Shown in pieces: positions 58,738 through 64,000 of a stretch of DNA of 64,000 bases. The stretch's first letter is position 1, and each line of letters begins with the position of its first letter. The notes under the pieces are model-generated. The model worked only from the letters and a program-made list of their open reading frames with translations. It had not been told where the DNA came from and did no database searches. Made by a program: the position numbers and the translations under genes. The stretch comes from an uncultured Nitrospiraceae bacterium (GTDB lineage: Bacteria; Nitrospirota; Thermodesulfovibrionia; Thermodesulfovibrionales; Dissulfurispiraceae): the NCBI GenBank assembly GCA_963727805.1, contig CAVSHF010000005.1:1088001-1152000 (forward strand), read 5' to 3'.

Positions 58738-58962
58738 TTACCTTTCCATGAATGGGATCAAAGCTATGTTTCTGGCTCTTTTGATTGCAGTGGTCAGTTC
58801 CCTCTGGTGGACGGAACAGTTACCGGTCACTTTTCTCGAGAGTATTTTACCGCGCTCGGTCATATATCCGCGGAGGATTTTGATGTCCTTATACTCGATA
58901 AACGAAACCTTATCGGCGCAAAATCTGCAAAACTTTCTTCTCTGAAATCTTTTCGGCTGCAT
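58738..58962 (-). CDS. rpsR: 30S ribosomal protein S18
   Basis: [14 protein letters not shown] and AIKRAR.IAL motifs. Confidence 0.98.
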   Translation of the reverse strand: MQPKRFQRRKFCRFCADKVSFIEYKDIKILRGYMTERGKILSRKVTGNCSVHQRELTTAIKRARNIALIPFMER

Positions 58963-58998
58963 TATAGTATCTCCTCCCGTATATTCTCAAATAAAAAG

Positions 58999-59394
58999 TT
59001 AAAAGGGTTCGACATCCGAAACTTCATCGGGCATTTGAGTTTCACTCGGCCCGGAAGCGCCTTGCTGATGGCTGTCCTTCTTAGACAAGAACCTGACCGT
59101 GTTGGCCACAACTTCCATTTTGCTCTTCTTCTGGCCCTCGTACTCCCATCTTCTTTCGCGCAGCCTACCCTCGACGAGGCAACTCCTGCCCTTGCTGAGG
59201 TACTGACCACAGGCCTCGGCCTGCTTGCCGAAAACGACAGCATCGATGAAAAGAGTCTCTTCTTTCCAGTCATCGCCGGATTTAAACTTCGAGTTTACAG
59301 CGATGGGGACCGTTGCGACCGGAGTTCCTCCGGGCGTATATCTGACCTCGGGGTCCTTGGTAAGATTGCCTATGAGGATAACTCTGTTGAACAT
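58999..59394 (-). CDS. ssb: Single-stranded DNA-binding protein
   Basis: NRVILIGNL.KDPE and VEGRL motifs; acidic C-terminus DVEPF. Confidence 0.97.
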   Translation of the reverse strand: MFNRVILIGNLTKDPEVRYTPGGTPVATVPIAVNSKFKSGDDWKEETLFIDAVVFGKQAEACGQYLSKGRSCLVEGRLRERRWEYEGQKKSKMEVVANTVRFLSKKDSHQQGASGPSETQMPDEVSDVEPF

Positions 59395-59771
59395 CAGTCG
59401 CCCTCTTTGATCTCGGCCGGCGCGGCGGCTTCTTCAGGAGTAACCGGGATTCCGCTGATCTCTTTGGGAAGGGCTGCGATCTGCTTCTTGCCGAGCTTGA
59501 CAACCATGAACTTAAGGACTACATCAAGGACCTTAAAATACTCTTCGAGCTTTTTGATGGCGGCGGAAGGTGCTTTAAAGAGCAGAAAAACATAGTTGCC
59601 CATCTTCTGCTTGCTCATTTCATAGGCGAGTCTTCTCTTGCCCCAGACTTCGACCTTGAATAATTCCCCTTCTGCATTCTTGAGGAGGTCGGTTATCTTA
59701 TCGATAACCGCCTTGGCTTCCTCTTCTCCGAGAGAAGGGTTGAGGATTACAACAGTTTCGTAGAAATTCAT
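59394..59771 (-). CDS. rpsF: 30S ribosomal protein S6
   Basis: YET..IL.P and WGKRRLAY motifs; upstream of ssb-rpsR. Confidence 0.96.
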   Translation of the reverse strand: MNFYETVVILNPSLGEEEAKAVIDKITDLLKNAEGELFKVEVWGKRRLAYEMSKQKMGNYVFLLFKAPSAAIKKLEEYFKVLDVVLKFMVVKLGKKQIAALPKEISGIPVTPEEAAAPAEIKEGD

Positions 59772-59776
59772 TTAAT

Positions 59777-59826
59777 ACCTCCACCTGGATATATAGCCCT
59801 TTCGCAAAGAAAAGAGCATGGAGGGA
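59777..59826 (-). promoter_or_regulatory. Putative S6:S18-binding leader RNA
   Basis: Minus strand CCTCCA can pair with the SD TGGAGG, enclosing the hairpin GCTCTTTTC/GAAAGGGC and an unpaired CCA. Confidence 0.5.
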
Positions 59827-59985
59827 CACCTCATTCAAACGCTAACTGCGTTGGCTTCGTCGTGAGTTTCACCACGTACGTAAAGTGCGCCTGCGTCACT
59901 TCCTCTTGGCCGACTGATTATCATTTTGAATGCACTTCATTAGTGCCCAACGAACTTTGTTTATACCATATTTTTTGCTTTAAAA

Positions 59986-61374
59986 TCAAATAATCTTGTA
60001 TTCCTTGATCTTTTTGCTGAGCGTATTTCTGTTGATTCCCAATATCTTGGCGGCCCCCACCTGATTGCCGTCGGTCTCATTAAGGACGATACTAAAGAGG
60101 GCTTTTTCAACCTCGGAGATAACCGTGTCATAGAGGTTTGATTTATCGAGTTTCTTCATTTCGGTGAGAAAACCATGCAATTTTTCTTCGAGGAACTCCT
60201 TAACAGAGCACGAATTGTAATCGTTGCAGAAGAGGTCCCTTCTTTCGATGAGACTGTCCCTCGATAGTATAGATGCCCGCTTGATAGTGTTTTCAAGTTC
60301 TCTCACATTGCCCGGCCAGCCATATTCCATAAGGGCTTTTTCAGCATCCCTAGAAAAATCCTTGGGTGGCAATTCGAAGGCCTTCACGGACTCTTTGAGG
60401 AAGTGTCGTGAAAGGGGAGTGATATCGTCCTTCCGGTCCCTCAGCGGCGGAATCCTTATCTCGATTACGTTGAATCGATAATAGAGGTCCTCCCTGAAGA
60501 GCCCATTCTTGACACAACCCTTAAGGTCCTTGTTTGTCGCGCCGATGATTCTAACATCAGCCTTTATGATCTTGCTGCTCCCCAAAGGGCTGTATTCCAT
60601 TTCCTGGAGAAAGCGCAGGAGCTTTGCCTGAAGGTCGATAGCTAACTCTGATATCTCGTCTAGAAACAGTGTTCCTCCATCGGCGGCCTGGATCTTGCCG
60701 GCCGTCTTTTCGGAAGCGCCGGTAAAGGCCCCCTTTTCCCATCCGAATAGCTCAGCTTCGACAAGTTCCCCGGGGATAGAAGCTGAGTTGAGCGCAATGA
60801 AGGATCCGAACTTTCGCCTGCCGTTGTTGTGGATGGCATGCGCCACAAGCTCTTTTCCTGTGCCGCTTTCGCCCGATATTAGCACGGTAACGTCCTTTGG
60901 AGCGACCCGACCTATCTCCTTAAAGATTTTCAGCATTCCTTTGCTCTTGCCGACGATCTCTGAGCTCTTGGTTTCCTCCTTGGTCTGCCTCAGCTTCAGG
61001 AGTTCCTCTCTCATCAAGATGTCCCTGAATGCCTTTTCAACGACAATCTTCAACTCATCAATATCAAAGGGCTTTTCCAGATAATCGTAAGCACCCTCCT
61101 TCATAGCGTCAACGGCGCTCTCCATACGTCCATGTGCGGTAACGATTATAACAAGGGCATTAGGGTTGAACACCCTGATCTCCTGGAGGGCCTCAATCCC
61201 ATTGCCGTCAGGAAGTATGAGATCCAGAAGTATGAGATTGAATTTATCGAGGGCCTTTAGACCCGCCCGGATAGTGGGTTTAACAACAACCTCATAACCA
61301 AGGGGTTCCAGAGTTTTCCTGATGACCCATGCGACGCCTTCATCGTCGTCAATGACAAGAATCCGTTTATCCAT
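59986..61374 (-). CDS. sigma54-dependent response regulator (NtrC-like)
   Basis: REC domain, GESGTGKE, GAFTGA, WPGNVRELEN and HTH LGINRNTL motifs. Confidence 0.93.
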   Translation of the reverse strand: MDKRILVIDDDEGVAWVIRKTLEPLGYEVVVKPTIRAGLKALDKFNLILLDLILPDGNGIEALQEIRVFNPNALVIIVTAHGRMESAVDAMKEGAYDYLEKPFDIDELKIVVEKAFRDILMREELLKLRQTKEETKSSEIVGKSKGMLKIFKEIGRVAPKDVTVLISGESGTGKELVAHAIHNNGRRKFGSFIALNSASIPGELVEAELFGWEKGAFTGASEKTAGKIQAADGGTLFLDEISELAIDLQAKLLRFLQEMEYSPLGSSKIIKADVRIIGATNKDLKGCVKNGLFREDLYYRFNVIEIRIPPLRDRKDDITPLSRHFLKESVKAFELPPKDFSRDAEKALMEYGWPGNVRELENTIKRASILSRDSLIERRDLFCNDYNSCSVKEFLEEKLHGFLTEMKKLDKSNLYDTVISEVEKALFSIVLNETDGNQVGAAKILGINRNTLSKKIKEYKII

Positions 61375-61419
61375 ATATTTTTCAACCAGCTGTTTTAAGT
61401 TGCCCGTCCTTTTCCATTG

Positions 61420-62499
61420 TTAAGTGCTAGTCACCGGAAGTGGCAGGTAAATGCTAAACGTCGAGCCGTCCTTCACTACACTCTTCACCTTGATGATGCC
61501 GCCGTGGTCCTTGATGATCTTCTTCGATAGCGCGAGGCCGAGGCCACTCCCCTTTTCCTTTTTCGTATAGAGCGGCAGGAATATCTTGGCAATTTCGTCC
61601 CGGCCGAGACCAATGCCGGTATCACGGAAATTCACAACTACCCACCGCCGTTTCTTCGTCCTCTTTCCGCTCTTCGCCGGCACAGCACTGTCATATATTA
61701 ACACATATTCATTCGACGGTCGCGTCGAAATCCCGAGTATTTTTTCACCCCTCCGCTCCATAGCCTCGACCGCATTTTTAATAAGGTTGATGAAAACTTG
61801 CAGCAACTTACCTTCATCTCCGGAGATAGAAGGCAGGCTGGGATCATAGGACTTCTCGACCACGACTCTGCCCCCCTTGATTTCGGATTCCATGACCCTG
61901 AGGGCATGCTCTATGACTTCGTGGACGTTGAGCTGATGCAACCTGGGGAGCCTAGTCATGGTCAAATAACTATGCAGCACTGAATTCAGGCGGTCTGCTT
62001 CCTTGAGTATGAGATTAACGCACTCTTCGGCTTCTGGAGCCACAGGACTCGTTTTCAATATCTGCGCCGCACCCTTGATACCACTTAAGGGATTCTTGAT
62101 CTCATGAGCAAGGGAACCTAGAAGATACAGAAGGTGATCGAATTGATAATCTTCGCGTTCGGTAAGCGAGAGGTTTTCGCGTATGCAGAGAACTGCCCCC
62201 TCAAGGCTGTCGGCCGAGTAAAATGGTGCTAGATGCAGGTCCACATTCACCGTCCTGCCAATATCAATCTCCATTTCCTTGCAATTGTAGAGCCTTCCTT
62301 CGCTAAGCGTCTTCTGAAAGAGCATCTCAATATCATCGCTTTCTGAAAATAGGTCGCCGAGAAGCTTGTTTCTAATTTCCTTGAAGTTCCTCCCGAAAAA
62401 TTCCTCGCCCGCCTTATTGATAAAGGCAAGCCTCCCCTTACTGTCGAAAAGGCAGACGACTTCGTCCAAATTATTGATCAGGGATTCCAGGGATATCAT
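61420..62499 (-). CDS. PAS-domain sensor histidine kinase (NtrB-like)
   Basis: LAHEIKNPLSGIKGAAQ, NLIKNA, DTGIG and GSGLGL motifs; cytoplasmic. Confidence 0.9.
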   Translation of the reverse strand: MISLESLINNLDEVVCLFDSKGRLAFINKAGEEFFGRNFKEIRNKLLGDLFSESDDIEMLFQKTLSEGRLYNCKEMEIDIGRTVNVDLHLAPFYSADSLEGAVLCIRENLSLTEREDYQFDHLLYLLGSLAHEIKNPLSGIKGAAQILKTSPVAPEAEECVNLILKEADRLNSVLHSYLTMTRLPRLHQLNVHEVIEHALRVMESEIKGGRVVVEKSYDPSLPSISGDEGKLLQVFINLIKNAVEAMERRGEKILGISTRPSNEYVLIYDSAVPAKSGKRTKKRRWVVVNFRDTGIGLGRDEIAKIFLPLYTKKEKGSGLGLALSKKIIKDHGGIIKVKSVVKDGSTFSIYLPLPVTST

Positions 62500-62501
62500 A
62501 A

Positions 62502-63140
62502 TTAGTCGGAGTATAGCCGGTGTGAATAAATGTAGTGTTCCACAGCCTCGGGTAAAAGGTATTTAATGCTCTTACCCGCCATGGCAAGGCTCCTGATATT
62601 GGTCGAAGAAACATCAAAGACACTCACAGGAGCAACACAAGCCTTCCTACCCCCTCTGAGACGAAGGGAAGTGACACCAGCGTCAACTTTAATGATCTCG
62701 TCTTCAACATATGGAGATGCATTTAATTCCTTTAATTCGAATCCTGGCCTGGTGACAATGATGAAATCGATTGAAGTGATAAGCCTTTCGGGTTCCCGCC
62801 AGTTGGGCAGGTCCAAAAAAGCGTCCAGCCCCATGATGAAAAACAGCTTGTCTTCGGAATACGTCCGGCTGAGCGTCTCGACCGTGGCAACGGTATATGA
62901 CTTCACTTCCTGCCTCATCTCGATATCCGACACAAAAAAGTTCACATTCGACTGCGTTGCAAGACGTGTCATCGCATACCGGTGTGGAGCCTGTATAAGT
63001 TCTGATGACTTCAGGGGTGGATTTCCGGAGGGCATGAAAATAACCTTGTCGAGGTCGATAAGATACCTGACTTCTTCAGCGGCCCGCAGATGTCCGAAAT
63101 GGATGGGATTGAAAGTGCCACCGAATATTCCCAGCTTCAT
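62502..63140 (-). CDS. nadD: Nicotinate-nucleotide adenylyltransferase
   Basis: GGTFNPIHFGH, SYT and SSTNIR motifs. Confidence 0.97.
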   Translation of the reverse strand: MKLGIFGGTFNPIHFGHLRAAEEVRYLIDLDKVIFMPSGNPPLKSSELIQAPHRYAMTRLATQSNVNFFVSDIEMRQEVKSYTVATVETLSRTYSEDKLFFIMGLDAFLDLPNWREPERLITSIDFIIVTRPGFELKELNASPYVEDEIIKVDAGVTSLRLRGGRKACVAPVSVFDVSSTNIRSLAMAGKSIKYLLPEAVEHYIYSHRLYSD

Positions 63141-63276
63141 CGCCGACTCCTGCGGTCAATTCCTGTACTCATGAGACTATCAAGTCGCGCATCTTGCTTT
63201 CAGCATTGCGTTGAAAGATGCCGCCTCGATCGGCTCATTAATATATAAATTTTCCGCCCAACACGAGTCTTTTTTC

Positions 63277-63555
63277 TTAGAGTCCCATTTTCCCCAGGGC
63301 ATCCTCGCCGCGGGTCTTGGCCGCTGGAGCATCTTCCGGGAGGTATAGCATAACGCCACCCTTCACAGGCCTAATGACAATCTTGCCCTCTGAAGCAAGC
63401 TTATTAGTCACTTCTATAGGATTTTCATTGTCAAAATACTTCTTGAAGGCCTCGTTGAAACCCGAATAGACCGTATGGATCCCTTTGTACCCTTCTTTTC
63501 TGAGACTCACTATAGCTTTCCTGATAAATTCCTCATAGCTAAGCTTCTCCGGCAT
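63277..63555 (-). CDS. Conserved hypothetical protein
   Basis: Strong SD AGGAGG; 92 aa ORF co-oriented between proA and nadD. Confidence 0.75.
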   Translation of the reverse strand: MPEKLSYEEFIRKAIVSLRKEGYKGIHTVYSGFNEAFKKYFDNENPIEVTNKLASEGKIVIRPVKGGVMLYLPEDAPAAKTRGEDALGKMGL

Positions 63556-63575
63556 TGTAGTACTCCTCCTTTTTT

Positions 63576-64000
63576 TTATTCCCTCAGCTGCCCATGCCCA
63601 AGAACGACAAATTTTGTGCAGGTGAGCTCTTCTAGTCCCATCGGACCACGGGCATGTATCTTATCCGTTGAGATGCCGATCTCGGCGCCGAGACCGAACT
63701 GATGGCCGTCATTGAGGCGCGTCGAGGCATTTACTAATACTGCGGCGGAATCGACCTCACGCAGGAACCTCAGTGCCTTGTCATAATCCTTGGTAACAAT
63801 TGCATCAGAGTGAGCCGATCCGTAAACGGCGATGTGGTCCATCGCCTCGTCTATATTCTTCACAACCCTCACATTGAGGATCAGATCGAGATATTCCCTC
63901 TGGAAGTCTTCCTCTGTAACCTCCATAATCCCGGAAGTGATGGCACGCGTTTTCGGGCATCCCCTCAATTCAACCTTGGCGTCTTTGAACCGGCTGATCA
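63576..64000 (-). CDS. proA: Gamma-glutamyl phosphate reductase (3' part; runs off the window)
   Basis: [23 protein letters not shown] and HARGPMGL motifs. Confidence 0.96.
   Translation of the reverse strand, partial: ISRFKDAKVELRGCPKTRAITSGIMEVTEEDFQREYLDLILNVRVVKNIDEAMDHIAVYGSAHSDAIVTKDYDKALRFLREVDSAAVLVNASTRLNDGHQFGLGAEIGISTDKIHARGPMGLEELTCTKFVVLGHGQLRE

Noticed and set aside
58579..59595. 338 aa plus-strand ORF
   Set aside because: Antisense to rpsF, ssb and rpsR; low-information translation.

Overview
Bacterial chromosomal window. The gene content and order suggest an anaerobic Nitrospirota (Thermodesulfovibrionia-like) or deltaproteobacteria-like organism; this is an inference. Two conserved minus-strand housekeeping blocks flank the window: hrcA-grpE-dnaK with a perfect CIRCE, ODC-speE, tlyA-dxs-ispA-guaA-guaB and LPS heptose genes at 1-17.5 kb, and rpsF-ssb-rpsR, an ntrBC-like pair, nadD and proA at 57.9-64 kb. 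Between them lies a roughly 40 kb accessory, redox- and nitrogen-rich zone containing many decayed remnants. Its contents are: (i) a PerR-led oxidative/nitrosative-stress cluster (PerR with a rubredoxin-like tail, AhpC, an uncalled desulforedoxin, FprA, rubrerythrin, an octaheme HAO-family cytochrome, an Fe-S flavoprotein); (ii) an nrfA with no nrfH, divergent from a broken triheme cytochrome; (iii) an MtrA/MtrB-type porin-decaheme conduit preceded by two non-catalytic FGE-fold paralogs, a PhnD-like binding protein and a truncated sensor; (iv) the best candidate for an undescribed system, a sigma54-driven nitrogen-scavenging cluster (stand-alone NifA-like HTH, TorF-like porin, APC permease with a repeat-rich loop, membrane-anchored PP2C phosphatase/Ser-Thr kinase fusion, SMR-like protein, and Amt with no glnK); (v) a ccp-cytochrome c-AhpD-like-radical SAM/SPASM cluster. 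I saw no rRNA, tRNA, CRISPR array, reverse transcriptase or intact mobile element; one IS3-family remnant is present. All calls come from motif recognition by eye, without database searches.
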